From: Candidatus Marinacidobacterales bacterium
GTDB taxonomy: Bacteria > Acidobacteriota > Vicinamibacteria > Marinacidobacterales > SMYC01
Assembly (NCBI GenBank): GCA_965237955.1
Contig: OZ250169.1
Location: 672,001-736,000, forward strand
Direction: 5' to 3'
DNA length: 64,000 bases
Below are positions 1-11,329 of the stretch, one piece after another. Below the pieces are notes generated by a model, which did no database searches, was not told where the DNA came from, and saw only the letters and a program-made list of their open reading frames with translations. Position 1 is the first letter of the stretch; each line of letters begins with the position of its first letter. The translations under genes and the position numbers were made by a program.

Positions 1-891
1 GGGATCGACCACCGTGGAGTCGATGCGGATGGCATGGGGGTGCTGTCGATAGATGATGGAAATGTAAGGGGCAACCGCGATGGCGCTCAATATCCAGAGA
101 ATCAGCACGCTCCGGAGCTCGCCGCCAGAGCTCTTCCTCTGTTGGAGAAAATGCAAAACGAGGTAGGTGCCGAGCCCAAAGCAGAAAAACGCCCAGTGAA
201 CGATAAACGCCCAGCCGAGGAGTGACAGGAGAACCGCTGCCTTTGCGAGCCACAGCTTCCGCCGGCTGGCGATGCCCCCGATGAGCAGCGGAATGAAAAC
301 GAACCCGAGAGTGTGGTTCGGCTTCAGAAAGAAGTTCTTGGCGTAGAAGTCGCGAAAGGGAGCCAAGTAGTCGAGTGGCCCGCTCGACACCAGGAGAGCG
401 AAGGCCACCACGACCAAGGCTCTGAGCTCGCTTCCGCTTTCTTCATCCTCCCGGCGTCGGAAGTGCAGAAAGAGCACCAATCCGAGCATCAGGGGAATGA
501 CGAGCGACACGAGGGCATAGACCACCGGTGCAAACTCGGGGTGTCCGAAGCAGAGGCCTCCCGCCACCAGTGCCCACAAGGGCTCAAGGGTCAAGTCTCC
601 GACCCGGCCGGTGCTCAGGGGGGAATTACCGGCGGCCACGGAGGCGACCCAGCTGAGATTGCGCAGTCGATCGCCCGGCGCTTGGAGACCGTAGATCCGG
701 GCCAGCGGATAGAACGTCGTGAGCCAGCCCACGACGACGAGCACCGCGATTCCCATCGCCAATATCGTCCAGCGCTTTTGACGGAAGAAGAGCAGAAAAG
801 AGATCGTCACGACCCCGATGGTCACCAGACGCATCGCCGCGACGAAGTTCGCCAGGTCGAGTTCGCTGATGTCGAAGCCGAAGAGATTCAA
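1..891 (-). CDS. Multi-pass membrane protein, possibly GT-C-type glycosyltransferase/polymerase (runs off window start)
   Basis: Manual minus-strand translation from TTG at 891: MNLFGFDISELDLANFVAAMRLVTIGVVTISFLLFF...; several hydrophobic segments; lies in a glycosyltransferase locus; absent from ORF track, consistent with no stop inside the window. Confidence 0.55.
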   Translation of the reverse strand, partial: MNLFGFDISELDLANFVAAMRLVTIGVVTISFLLFFRQKRWTILAMGIAVLVVVGWLTTFYPLARIYGLQAPGDRLRNLSWVASVAAGNSPLSTGRVGDLTLEPLWALVAGGLCFGHPEFAPVVYALVSLVIPLMLGLVLFLHFRRREDEESGSELRALVVVAFALLVSSGPLDYLAPFRDFYAKNFFLKPNHTLGFVFIPLLIGGIASRRKLWLAKAAVLLSLLGWAFIVHWAFFCFGLGTYLVLHFLQQRKSSGGELRSVLILWILSAIAVAPYISIIYRQHPHAIRIDSTVVDP

Positions 892-892
892 A

Positions 893-1070
893 TCAGTTGC
901 CCTCAAGGGCGAGATGAAAGAGGCTCCGATAGCCCTCGATATAGCGCTCCGTCAAATAGACGCCTTGCATCTCTCGCCGGCCCGAGGCTCCCATCGCCTC
1001 GGTACGCTCCGGATGTTCCAGGATCCAGATCACGGTTGGCGGCTTTCCGAGCACGGCGAGGCTGGACGAG
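893..1070 (-). pseudogene. C-terminal remnant of a GT4 glycosyltransferase truncated by IS6 debris
   Basis: WILEHPERTEAMGASGRR...YLTERYIEGY resembles GT4 C-terminal helices. Confidence 0.45.
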
Positions 1071-1071
1071 G

Positions 1072-1340
1072 TATCGAGCACATCACCATCTTGATCTACC
1101 GCGCGCCAGAGGCATTGGCCTTGGCCTTGGCCTTGGCCTTGTATCTTTATGGAAACCTCGTCCAAGTGCCACGTGTCGCCGAGAGGACCCTGTCGACGCT
1201 TTAGTCGCCGAGCGTATTCCGGCTCGAACTGGGTGCACCCAAATCGGATCGCTTCGTAAGAGAACCGTGATGCCTCGTTGGGTGAGCAGAGCTTCGACGT
1301 CTCGAAAACTCACGCAGAATCGGTGGTAGAGCCAAACGGC
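1072..1340 (-). mobile_element. IS6 family transposase remnant (frameshifted)
   Basis: AVWLYHRFCVSFRDVEALLTQRGITV and DEVSIKI...LWRAVDQDGDVLD are IS6/IS26-type motifs. Confidence 0.8.
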
Positions 1341-1581
1341 GTCCGGCCGCCGGCCCGCGTCCCGTTCGTTTTGGCGCACCCAGTGGCGTAGCGTCTCCGA
1401 CGTGCAGCCGATCTTCTCAGCCAACGACCAGATCGCGGACCACTGCGAGTCGTGCTGGTGCTCCTGGTCGAACACCAATCGAACGGCCCGCTCCCGGACT
1501 TCCGGTGAATACTTCCTCGGTCTTACCCATGAGCTCCATCCTCCCAAGAAATGGAGTCTCTCAGAAACCCGGGGCGATTCA
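1341..1581 (-). mobile_element. IS3 family left end plus orfA fragment
   Basis: RKYSPEVRERAVRLV...[15 protein letters not shown]; terminus TGAATCGCCCCGGGTTT resembles the IRL of the intact IS3 at 44033. Confidence 0.85.
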
Positions 1582-1638
1582 CAGCGCCATGACGAAATAA
1601 CGTTGTGAGGTCCGACCGCGCAGTGTAAGATCGCGCCG

Positions 1639-1870
1639 ATGGATTCCTCGCTGGCGCGCTATGACGGAAAGCTCGTTTGCGTCGCCAACCTGCGGGTGGC
1701 GAGCGAGAAGGCGCACGTCCTGCAGAGCTTCAAGATGTGTGAAGCTTGCCGCCGGCTCGGTCTCGACGTCGAGCTCACATATCCCGCTCACATATCCCCG
1801 CCGGCGAAACACCGCTGCGATGGAAGGTGTGGACGCGCTGAGCTACTACGACGTGGAGTGTCCCTTCCGG
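1639..1870 (+). pseudogene. GT4 glycosyltransferase N-terminal fragment (inverted paralog at about 11440-11700)
   Basis: KLVCVANLRVASEKAHVLQSFKMCEA resembles the N-terminus of intact GT 14577..15776; frameshifted and truncated. Confidence 0.7.
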
Positions 1871-2135
1871 TGCTTGAAAGGTTGGGTCGCCGGTAATAGG
1901 TGACTTGGAGACGCGATTGTCGAACGAAGCCGCGGTGCCGGCGCTTGCGTTATCACCGGTGCCCGTCCAACTGAGGTTGGCTCGATCCGGTTGGGGGAAT
2001 GTGCCCAACAAGGTGCACCAGGGGCAACGCGAAAACCCGAAATGCCGAGCGGCAACCAGGGGGGGGTCGGCGCGAGGCGCCGCGCCCGGCGAATATGGCG
2101 ACCGAAAAGATGTTGAGCACCGAGCAGTCGGTGTG

Positions 2136-3215
2136 TCACCGAGGCCGGTCCTTTCCCAGGCTTTCTAGAAGTTCCACAAGTCTCTCGGCAAGGCCCTCGA
2201 TGCCGTGCAAGCGCACGACCCGCTCGCGAAGGTAGAGTCCCATGTGCAGCCGCTCTTCCTCAGGGAGAGTCAGCATCTCCAGCAGGCGAGAGGATAAATC
2301 GTTCGGATCTCCTGGGCGGAAGAGTAGCTGGTCTGAGTACTGGCCGAGCGTTTCGCGGAAGTCCTCGTTCGCGGTGAGCGTAGGCCTCGCGCACGCCTGT
2401 GATTCCAGCGCGACCTTGTCCCCGAAACCCACCCCGGTCAAGTTCACATGCACAGCACACCGTCGATACCATGTCGGAAGCTCTGCTGGCGTCACGGCAT
2501 CGTGAAAATGAACGATATCCTCGACGTCGAGAGCACGCGCCAGTTCTTTCAGAGAACTCCGGTAGTCGACGTCCGAAGGCCTCGCCGGGTTGCCGAGAAT
2601 AATCACTTGGAATTGCCCGCGAAAACGTTGTCTGAGCATCGCGACCGCTTTCAGCAGCGTAACGTGATCCTTCACGGGAGAAAGTCGTCCCGCGCAGAGG
2701 ATCAGGGCAGGAAGCTGTGGCCTGGTCTTGTCGGGCGCGAACCAATCGGTATCGATCCCGTGACCGAGCACGCGGAGCTTGTCCGGGTCGTAGGGATAGC
2801 TGGAAGGGAGGCTGGTCACCATCTGAGCCGAGAGACGATGGGCGAACCTCAACTGCAGTGTGAGACTCGGGTGCGTGTACCAGGTGACGATCGGAACGCC
2901 CTTGGGCCGGAGCAGGGGCGCCGCTAGAACTGTGAAAAGTGGAAACATGTGCGAAAAACAAGCATCAACTGGCTCGTTTCGGAGGACCTCTAACAGGATC
3001 CGGTAGAACTCCACGATGCGGCGAGGCCGGCTATAACCCGCCTCCTTGCCGACGGAGTCACACCGGACGTTCTCAGGAAGCTCGATACGGCCTGCGCGCA
3101 TCGTGATGACGTGAATCCGCTCGACCTTCGTCGCAATCGCCTGAATCCACCGACTGGTGAAACCCAGCACCGGATCGTCGACGTCGGTGGCGAGATTGAA
3201 CCACAAGAGTCGCAC
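2136..3215 (-). CDS. Glycosyltransferase family 4
   Basis: GHGID, GRLSPVKDH, DKVALESQACARP GT-B motifs; 359 aa, apparently intact. Confidence 0.9.
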   Translation of the reverse strand: MRLLWFNLATDVDDPVLGFTSRWIQAIATKVERIHVITMRAGRIELPENVRCDSVGKEAGYSRPRRIVEFYRILLEVLRNEPVDACFSHMFPLFTVLAAPLLRPKGVPIVTWYTHPSLTLQLRFAHRLSAQMVTSLPSSYPYDPDKLRVLGHGIDTDWFAPDKTRPQLPALILCAGRLSPVKDHVTLLKAVAMLRQRFRGQFQVIILGNPARPSDVDYRSSLKELARALDVEDIVHFHDAVTPAELPTWYRRCAVHVNLTGVGFGDKVALESQACARPTLTANEDFRETLGQYSDQLLFRPGDPNDLSSRLLEMLTLPEEERLHMGLYLRERVVRLHGIEGLAERLVELLESLGKDRPR

Positions 3216-3222
3216 AAGTCAG

Positions 3223-3400
3223 TCAGTTGCAACGCCCGATTGATGCGAGTCGAGAGCCAACGAGAAGGCTTGCCGGGTACCCCTGGACATGGCGTTCGGT
3301 CGAGAAGTAAACCCGCGCGAACTTTCTGGCCTCTCGCCCCATCTCAACGGCGAGGTCTGGGTGGGCAAGTACCCATCTCATTTGGCCCACGAGTCGATAG
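3223..3400 (-). pseudogene. GT4 C-terminal remnant
   Basis: MRWVLAHPDLAVEMGREARKFARVYFSTERHVQGY. Confidence 0.55.
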
Positions 3401-3924
3401 ATTCCGATCACCCCCGTTCGTATTTCTATAGGAACATCAAAAGCCGCATATTTTGTATCTTTGCTCATCAAAAGCTCTCTCTATCTGCCTCACGCCATGC
3501 ATCTCGTCCCATAGGAGATTTGCAAGCTCACGGCATTGCTGTTGCGTGGCCAGCTCCTCAAGACACGAAGGAACGACCACGTCGTGAAGGTTGAACGTAG
3601 AGCCGTTAAAGGAGCCGCGTGGAGATTCAAAGAAGCGCTCAATAACTCGAAGGACTTCTCGACACGGAACACCTCGTTCATTGAGCGCCTGAGTCCGACC
3701 ATAGATGCCCTCAAGCTCGCGACGGCGGACGCCTTGGCCCGGCGCCGATCACCGTGACGCCCCCGCGCTCCGCGAGATCATCCTCTACCGGCTCAAGAAG
3801 CAAAGAACGCCCCCGAGCCCCAAGTGCAGCTTCCACTCGACTATGATCCCGTCGAAGGGAATGGGTTGCGGCGTCGCTCATCTTCGGCACGATCTGCGAC
3901 GGTCAAGCCTCCGGGACTCCACGT

Positions 3925-5022
3925 TCACTGTTCTCCGTTGCGAGCGACGATGAGCAGACCATGCGTCAGCGCGCCGGGCTTTCTTCCGAGAGCGTGCAAC
4001 GTTCGGGCGAGCTGATAGGTTGCCGTCCTGGGGAAGTTCAGGTACTGTCCAGCGGGATTGGTAGGCGGTGCAGGAAGGAGCCTCGTTCCCTCGAAACCGG
4101 CGGCTTCGAAGACCGCCTCGACGCCAGGCGCATCATAGTGGACGACGTGCTCGAAAAGATCGAAGAAGCCGGGCACCTTCCCGTTTCGTTCCGATTCGAC
4201 CGGGGGGCTGTCGAACGTGGTGAAGCGCGGCAACAAGCCCGTTCGGCTCATGAGCGATACCCATCTCCACCATTTGAGATAGAACTTTACGTGGGGCACC
4301 TTGGCAAGGACGAGCCCACCGGGTCGCAGCCGTTGGCGGATTTCTCGTAAGTGGGAAACCGGGTCGGGAATGTGCTCGAGGACGTCAAACATCGATACGA
4401 CATGGAAACGCGCGTCGGCGTCGAAACTCGCATCGAAAAAGCCCAGCTCGATGGAAACGATGCCGTTCACCTCCATGGCGAAACGGTAATGGGGCGGCGA
4501 AGGCTCGATGCCCCGAACGGTCCATCCGTGCTCCTTCGCGTAGCGAAGAAAGAATCCGCAGTGAAAGCCGATATCGAGAACGGAGTAAGGAGGCTCGTAA
4601 CCCATTATCTCGAAGTGTTGCTTGGCCACGTCGAGATAGAGACGATAGTTCTCATTCTTATGAAAACCTGCTTGCGCTTCACCCTCGTATTTTCGAAGGA
4701 GGTCCTCGTACGCCGCCTCGCGGGTGGAAACGTTGTGCCGCACCAAGCGGGGTCGGGTGAAGTAGAGCTGGCATTCTGGACAGAGACTCAGTCCGACGAC
4801 TTCACTCTCCGTATATCGGTTGGATTCGTAGTAGAGCGGGTCGGGCACGCCGCGCCCACAGACCGGGCACGGTGGTAACTCGACGCCACTTTGGGCTCTC
4901 GTTCCGACCGCAGCCTTCACGCGAGTCGCGCCTCCTTTCGAGAAGACGGGATTATACTCCAGGTCGCTTCCGGCAGGTTCGGCCTCGTTCCAACCCGTGG
5001 CCGGTTTCCGGCGCCTGACCAT
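3925..5022 (-). CDS. Class I SAM-dependent methyltransferase with N-terminal Zn-ribbon (start uncertain)
   Basis: CPVC...CPEC, VLDIGFHCGFFL, FDVLEHIPDP...LRPGG. Confidence 0.85.
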   Translation of the reverse strand: MVRRRKPATGWNEAEPAGSDLEYNPVFSKGGATRVKAAVGTRAQSGVELPPCPVCGRGVPDPLYYESNRYTESEVVGLSLCPECQLYFTRPRLVRHNVSTREAAYEDLLRKYEGEAQAGFHKNENYRLYLDVAKQHFEIMGYEPPYSVLDIGFHCGFFLRYAKEHGWTVRGIEPSPPHYRFAMEVNGIVSIELGFFDASFDADARFHVVSMFDVLEHIPDPVSHLREIRQRLRPGGLVLAKVPHVKFYLKWWRWVSLMSRTGLLPRFTTFDSPPVESERNGKVPGFFDLFEHVVHYDAPGVEAVFEAAGFEGTRLLPAPPTNPAGQYLNFPRTATYQLARTLHALGRKPGALTHGLLIVARNGEQ

Positions 5023-5036
5023 TGACCACTTCCACT

Positions 5037-6179
5037 TCAGGCACTGGAATTCTCCGCGACTGCGGGAACGCCTCTTCGTTGCGCGAGCCACTCGCTCACG
5101 ACCGCAGCGATCCGCTGTGCTGCCTGCCCGTCCCACAGCTCGGGCCTCCTGCCAATCTTTCCACCGTTCGCGAGAACGGCATTGACCGCAGCTTCGATGC
5201 GATCGGGATCGGAACCGACCACGGTATTCGTTCCTTCACTGACGGTAACCGGTCGCTCGGTGTTCTCGCGGAGCGTCACGCACGGGACGCCGAGCGCCGT
5301 CGTTTCCTCCTGCATCCCGCCCGAATCGGTCAGGACGACGGTGGCGTCTTTCATGAGGCCGAGCATCTCCAGGTAACTCACCGGCGGAAGCAAAGCCAAC
5401 TTCTCAGACGCGTCGATGTCGAGCTCGCGAAGACGCGCTTCGGTACGTGGGTGCACCGGAAACACCAGAGGCAGCCGCGCGCTGATGCGGCCGAGCGCTC
5501 CCATCAGTTCCGTCAACACCGATGGCTCACCAACGTTCGACGGGCGATGCAGCGTGACGACACCATACAACGAGGTATCACGTAGCAAATCATCATGGTC
5601 GTGTCGCGCGAGCGTCTTCGCCGGAGATATCGCGCGCGCTGCGTGACCCAAGAGACTATCGATCATCACGTTGCCCACGAAATGGATACGCTCGTCGGCA
5701 ATCCCCTCTTTCAACAAGTTGTCCCGTGCGTCGTCCTCCGTGGTGAAGAGAAGCTCCGAAATCCGATCGGTGAGGACCCGATTGATCTCCTCCGGCATCG
5801 AGCGGTCGAAGCTGCGGAGGCCCGCTTCAACGTGGAACACGGGAATTCCCTTCTTGACCGCAACCAGCGCACACGCGATCGTCGAGTTCACATCGCCGCC
5901 GACGACGACGGCGGTAGGAGACAAACGCTCGAGTACAGGCTCGAACCGAATCAAGATCTGCCCGGTTTGCACGGCGTGTGAGCTGGAGCCGACTTCAAGA
6001 TCAACGTCTGGCTCCGGGAGGCCGAGCTGCCGAAAAAAAGACGCCTTCATGGACGCGTCGTAGTGCTGTCCCGTGTGGACGAGATGCACTGTGATCGCAG
6101 CGCGACGAAACGCCTCGATCACAGGGGCGATCTTGATGAAATTCGGTCGCGCACCCACGACCGCTACGATTGATTCCAT
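5037..6179 (-). CDS. wecB: UDP-N-acetylglucosamine 2-epimerase (non-hydrolysing)
   Basis: GARPNFIK, HTGQHYD, HVEAGLRS, PEEINR, TDSGGMQEE, RENTERP. Confidence 0.95.
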   Translation of the reverse strand: MESIVAVVGARPNFIKIAPVIEAFRRAAITVHLVHTGQHYDASMKASFFRQLGLPEPDVDLEVGSSSHAVQTGQILIRFEPVLERLSPTAVVVGGDVNSTIACALVAVKKGIPVFHVEAGLRSFDRSMPEEINRVLTDRISELLFTTEDDARDNLLKEGIADERIHFVGNVMIDSLLGHAARAISPAKTLARHDHDDLLRDTSLYGVVTLHRPSNVGEPSVLTELMGALGRISARLPLVFPVHPRTEARLRELDIDASEKLALLPPVSYLEMLGLMKDATVVLTDSGGMQEETTALGVPCVTLRENTERPVTVSEGTNTVVGSDPDRIEAAVNAVLANGGKIGRRPELWDGQAAQRIAAVVSEWLAQRRGVPAVAENSSA

Positions 6180-6747
6180 CCCGCTAACTATAACATTTTG
6201 GGAAATTTATATACTAGAATCCGACTCGATCTCGGGCCGACGGTTAGTACTCATGGTTGGGAAAGAGAATCATATCAGATCCGGGCCGAAGGTTGGGCAC
6301 TAACTCAAACGAGATCTTGCATGATCTCGGTATAACTCCCGCGTCGCCGGACCAAGTGTGCCTCCCCGTCCGAGACGAGCACTTCGGGTGGCGAGGCGTG
6401 GCTCAAAAATCCCAACGGGCTCGCCGCGCGCGCGTAGGCGCCGGATTAAAAAACTCCGATGAGATCCTCGACTTCGATGTCGGGCAATGAAACGTTGCAT
6501 GCCAGCACGTCGAGCTGGGAAATACCCTCCGAAGACTCCGGGTTTCCCACAGCTCCCACAGGACCCTCCTCCTGGATATATACAGATCCCAGGATACGCG
6601 GCGCGGAATCATAGCTTGCCGCGCCGCGTCCGACATGCGACAACTATCCTGACACAGGGGGTGTCTCTTCCATTTAATCGATCCGAATGGATTTAGAGCC
6701 CGGACCGTCGGTCACCTAAGGGCCGGCGACAAAATAAGTTCCCGTTT

Positions 6748-7659
6748 TCAAGACGGTCGGATGGTGTAGTTCCATTTGGGTAGAGTCTGGTCCTTTGTAA
6801 CGGAAAGCACCTGCATCCGCTCGTCAGTGATTTTGACGCCCTTCGGATAACGACGCCGGATAAGGTGTGCGCGTACTCGCAAACCGGAAGAGGTGGTGGT
6901 CGTGCGGATGTATTTGAGGATGGTTTCGTAGCTGTCGAGAGGCCTGCCCGCCCAGTTCTTGCTGATCTCGCTGAACAGACGGTGCTCCACTGGATTCCAC
7001 TTGGATGTACCGGACGGATAGTGGGCTATGGTGATAGCGATGTCGTGGCGATTGCAAATCCGCGTTTGAAGCCCGTGCTTCCAACCCCGACACCGATAGC
7101 CATTGCTGCCCCCGGCGTCTGCCAATATCGCGAGGTCACGGGCTGCAGGATAGCGTCGCCGTCCTTCCGTTCGCCACCACTTCTCGATGGCATTCACGGC
7201 GAAGTCCGGGGTGTTGTACGAGGTACCAATGAACACTGTCCCGCGGTTCGCGAGCAGATCGTAGACGCCGTAGGGGATTGCGATGCCGTTCGATTCGGAA
7301 CGGAAGTCATGGTCTTTGACGAGAGTCGGCTCGCGGTTCCAGGCCTGCCCGCCGTTTTTGAATAATCCCACCAGCTCCCGTTTCTTCGTGTCTACGCTGA
7401 TGATGGGATGACCAGCTGCGGCAAAACGCTCGCGCAGTTCGGCGATACACGCGAATTGGGTATCGCGATCTTCGGACGTGGCACCGCACAGCTTCTTGTG
7501 GTTCACCCGCAACGAGAAGCCGAGCTGTTTGAGCAGTCGACCGACGGTTTTGCTGCTGACGTTCACACCGAGGCTTCTTAGCTCGCAAGCAATCTTGTCG
7601 GTGGTCCGCCGCGTCCATTTCACTCCCGTCATCGGATCGCCCGCGGTGTCGTGCTTCAT
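6748..7659 (-). CDS. ISAzo13 transposase catalytic ORF
   Basis: ISVDTKKRELVG, DHDF, DAGGSN, HYPSGTSKWNPVEHRLFS, WNYTI. Confidence 0.9.
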   Translation of the reverse strand: MKHDTAGDPMTGVKWTRRTTDKIACELRSLGVNVSSKTVGRLLKQLGFSLRVNHKKLCGATSEDRDTQFACIAELRERFAAAGHPIISVDTKKRELVGLFKNGGQAWNREPTLVKDHDFRSESNGIAIPYGVYDLLANRGTVFIGTSYNTPDFAVNAIEKWWRTEGRRRYPAARDLAILADAGGSNGYRCRGWKHGLQTRICNRHDIAITIAHYPSGTSKWNPVEHRLFSEISKNWAGRPLDSYETILKYIRTTTTSSGLRVRAHLIRRRYPKGVKITDERMQVLSVTKDQTLPKWNYTIRPS

Positions 7660-8444
7660 GAGTTCTTCGATCTTGGCGATGACTTCTGGCGTTTTTTTTG
7701 CACGGCGCGCCGTCCGCCACCCTTTCGCCGAACTCCGTCGAGCTCAACATCTCTCATTAGCAATTCCCTACGACCTCTGGCTACCGTGCTCGGATCCATC
7801 CCGAGCAGTTCGGCAATCTGTTGGTCGCCACCGTGACCGAGCTTCATGGCCTCGACTCCCGCGTAGAGACGGCGCTGCTTTTCATCGAGCAGGCTGTAGA
7901 AAAGAACGATCGCAGCCTTCAACTCCACGGGGAGCACGCGGACTCCCCCGACCCAGCCCAACGTGGAAGGTGACGCCTCATGTACCTGGCGGGCCGAGAG
8001 CTGTTGCTTGCGCGTGCTCACATCGGTGGCCAGATACAGATATCGGCCGAACACCTGCTCGCGCGCCAATCTTTTCTCTCGGACCAGTTTCAACAGAGGA
8101 GCCTTGACGTCAACCTGCACCACGTCCTCGAGCTCGTCGACGTAGTAGCCTGCCTCACAGGCCGCGACCAACGCTTTTACCGTCGCAAGCAACGTCCCGT
8201 ACTTCGAGAACCACACTGAGCGCAACGACCAAAGACCTTTTCGATCGAACTGGGCGATCTCGTCCAACGTGTAGTAGCTACCACGGTGGGAGTAGCTTGT
8301 CCGATACGCCAACTCATTGAGCTTTCGGAAGACGGTCGAGTCCACATCGGTACCCAACACTGCCTTCAAATCATCGAGGGTAGCTATTTTGTGCTTCCTC
8401 AACAGGCGGTCGAGATCTTCAGACTGATAGCTCGTAGGTCTCAT
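7656..8444 (-). CDS. ISAzo13 N-terminal ORF, probably joined to the downstream ORF by frameshift at an A8 run
   Basis: LDEKQRRLYAGVEAMKLGHGG...TVARGRREL; minus strand CAAAAAAAACGCC near 7690-7700. Confidence 0.8.
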   Translation of the reverse strand: MRPTSYQSEDLDRLLRKHKIATLDDLKAVLGTDVDSTVFRKLNELAYRTSYSHRGSYYTLDEIAQFDRKGLWSLRSVWFSKYGTLLATVKALVAACEAGYYVDELEDVVQVDVKAPLLKLVREKRLAREQVFGRYLYLATDVSTRKQQLSARQVHEASPSTLGWVGGVRVLPVELKAAIVLFYSLLDEKQRRLYAGVEAMKLGHGGDQQIAELLGMDPSTVARGRRELLMRDVELDGVRRKGGGRRAVQKKRQKSSPRSKNS

Positions 8445-8690
8445 AATAGGAGAAGTGCTCCTTGATAGGCGTAATCCTCCCTAAAATGAGGACCGTTTGT
8501 CAAACACGCGCTGGTTGCTGAAGATCTACAAATGTTCCGTTTCTAGGGAGCTTGCCAGGCTCTCGTGATGCCAGACGACATCGCGATCACGACCTGAAAC
8601 AGGAAGAGTGTGCTCAAAACTAGACAGTTATTGTGTCGGCGGCCCTAAGGGTTCGTCATGGGCACTGTGATCAAGTAACCCAACCCTTAT

Positions 8691-9330
8691 TCAACGTCGC
8701 AGACAACATGCACTGTTTTGGGGGGCAAGTGGCGACCTGCGGTGAGACAGCCCATAGGTCTCGTGGCGGCCAAAGGGATGCAGTCTGGCGGATTCAAAGT
8801 GCCGACTGGGGTTAGGCCGCGAGCCGCCTTGTAAAAAGGCGATGATTTTACCTCGGCCGTCTGGCTGAGCAGGGCGAGGCTCCAGACCATCTTTTCGAAG
8901 CGACCGATGAGTCCGGGTTCGGTGGTAATAATCGAAGTACGAGGAGAGGCTCGTACTCCGATGGCGCTCGTTCAAGACGATGACGTGACCCAGGCATTCA
9001 CGCCAGATCGACCCGATAACACGCTCGGCCAACGCATTCTGCCAAGGTGCTCTCGGCGCGGTGAGGACCTCCTATTCCCAAGATCCTGAAGCCGTTCGGA
9101 ACACAGAACCATAGGACCCATCGCGGTCACGGAGCACGGTCTCTGGCTTGACGATAACGACAGCGTCCAGGCAGCGCCGCCATATGCGGTAGAGCAGAAC
9201 CCACAAGGACCGGTCCAAGTAGAGACAATCGCATTGGGGTTCGCTGGTGGCGCCCAAGTCCAACCAAAGGATCCGCGAGAAGAGCGGCTGGGACGTGGTT
9301 GCGTGAGCCATTCGTTAGATGCCCGCGTAC
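8691..9330 (-). pseudogene. Degraded rve-type integrase/transposase related to the 349-aa IS below
   Basis: AERVIGSIWRECLGHVIVLNERH...YYHRTRTHRSL; VVIVKPETVL. Confidence 0.8.
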
Positions 9331-9897
9331 CACAGGGTCGCCACCAGTAACATCGCCAATAAGTAATGAAGGTTGTCACGAGGCTGCCAGAGTACCCCGT
9401 GGCGGTTCGCAATCACGAGCATGACGGCGCTGCAGGCGGTGGCGACCATCAACGCGATAGCACATCCGACCGCCTGCGCGTGCGGGACGAGCAGCATCGT
9501 GAGCACCGTGAGAATCAACCTGCGGGTCCGTCAGAGAGTGCTCGATGTTCCAAAACCTCGTTGCGGGGAAAATCGAAAACACCAAAAAAGCAAGAGACAC
9601 AACGCCGAACGCGATCGCCACCTGGAACAGCAAACTGGAAAGGAAAATCTCTGCCTGCAAACGGGTGTCGTCCACGGGTGCGAACCGTCGTATCGTTAAC
9701 GTGAAATGGTTGTAAAAAGCACGGGGGAAGGCGCCGACCGCGGTAAAATATTGAACAACGCCGAAGTAGTCGACGCCGAGATAAAGAATCGTCCCGAATG
9801 CAATGACGATTAGCAACCCCTGATTGAAAGCGTCGAGGAGCAACAAGTTGGCCACGAGCTTGAGAACGTCGCGCGAGAACACCATTCTGGACGGCAC
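9315..9897 (-). pseudogene. Polysaccharide flippase (Wzx-like) remnant, internally deleted
   Basis: Hydrophobic N- and C-terminal pieces (YLGVDYFGVVQYFTA; LLVPHAQAVGCAIA) in different frames. Confidence 0.5.
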
Positions 9898-10689
9898 GGT
9901 CTAGAGCCCAGCTTCCCTATCGCACACGAAGCCGCCCTCGACGAGCGCTCATCTCGATGAGCGGGCCTCGCCCGATACTCTCGACAAGACGCTACTCGCC
10001 ATCTCCGCCCCGGTTTCTTCCATTGACGTGTAGGTGCCCGTCGCGATATTCGATCCTCCAATCCGGAAGGGCCTCGAGCACGAGGCGGTTCGTCGCGGCG
10101 GCGGCCGTCATTTCTGGATCTTAGGCAACGTAGTCCACGACCTCCGGAACCACATTCGCAGCTTGCGCGTCCAAGGTGAGACCGGGCAGCCCCCGTGAGA
10201 ACATCCGCGGGAGCAATGAGCGTCCGTCGGCCGGAGTAGGTAGGGATCCACTGAAAGAGATTGCCGGCCACGAGAAAACCGCCGTCGCTCTCGCGCCGAA
10301 TCCAGTCCGTGAGGCGAAGGATGTCGCCGGGAACAGGCTCCGTGGCGATGCGAAAATGGTTATCCATCTGCGCCGTCCGCCACGTATAGGGCAACGCGAT
10401 GGGGAAGGAAATGGCAATCGCGACCGCCGTCGCGGCCTGATAGCTATGGCGCGTCCTTCGCACCAGAAAGGCCACGATCTGCGCGTGATGAGCAGCGGCG
10501 TCTGCACGCACCACGACGCGGCAGTCGAGCCCGAGAGCGGCCACGTGTCGTATCGTCTCGAACGACAGGCGCGTCCAGCCGTTGCCGCCCCCCCAACGTT
10601 CCGGCGACGAAGCCGATGCGCGTCAAGAGCTGTCTCCGCAAGCGATCGCATCCGAGTTCCATCGGGCCTCTTTGTGATCCCACATGGTG

Positions 10690-11260
10690 GTGAGGACCAG
10701 ATCCATGAGCTTCGTGACAGTGTACTTGCTCCGCACCATCGCCACACCCTGCCGGCCAACGACTCGCGGGTCTCGTTATCCGCTTCCAAAAGGCGGTGCA
10801 TGCACCGAGCGACGGCGTCCAAGGAGGGCTCGCAAAGAACCCAATCACTGAGAAAGTCTCCAATGAAATCTCGGCCCGCCGGACTGGTGACGATCAACGG
10901 CGTGCCGCATGCCATGGCCTCTAGGGACGCTTTACCGACGCCCCCCATGGTTGTAAAAAGAAAGGCGCGCGTCAGGTTCAAATAGATCGGGAACTCTTCG
11001 TGGGGAACGCCCCCGGCATAGATTGCCTGGGCATCGACACCGAGTTCGCGCGCCAGCTCCTGGACCCTTTTTTTTATACGCCTTGTCGCTCTCGATATAC
11101 GTGTCTCCGCAGACGAGAGGGCTGTAGGTCTTCACCCATTCCTGCTTGCAGAGCTTCAAGCCTTCACCATGTCCTCGAAGCGCTTGGCGGGTATAAAACG
11201 TCCTAACGGTAATCAGATCATGTTTTTCTCGACGGCCTGCGGGCGGAACTGGTGACCGTC
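10690..11260 (-). pseudogene. GT4 glycosyltransferase C-terminal half, frameshifted
   Basis: GGVGKASLEAMACGTPLI motif. Confidence 0.7.
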
Positions 11261-11329
11261 GACTCCTTGGCCCACGAGAAAGAGATTGGGGGAGGTGAAG
11301 GGAGTGATCGACCGGTTCGTATTGAACCA

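Larger units (their letters stand above)
6720..8645 (-). mobile_element. ISAzo13-family IS, two-ORF form, apparently complete
   Basis: Imperfect IRs GGGCCGGCGACAAAATAA / TTATTGTGTCGGCGGCCC flanked by TAA direct repeats at 6717-6719 and 8646-8648. Confidence 0.85.

Noticed and set aside
1116-1141. (TTGGCC)4 tandem repeat, and (GGTAAC)3 near 32906
   Set aside because: Short slippage repeats in a dead IS or intergenic DNA; no sign of a phase-variable gene.
313-1329. 338-aa plus-strand ORF
   Set aside because: Antisense shadow of the minus-strand membrane gene and IS remnants.
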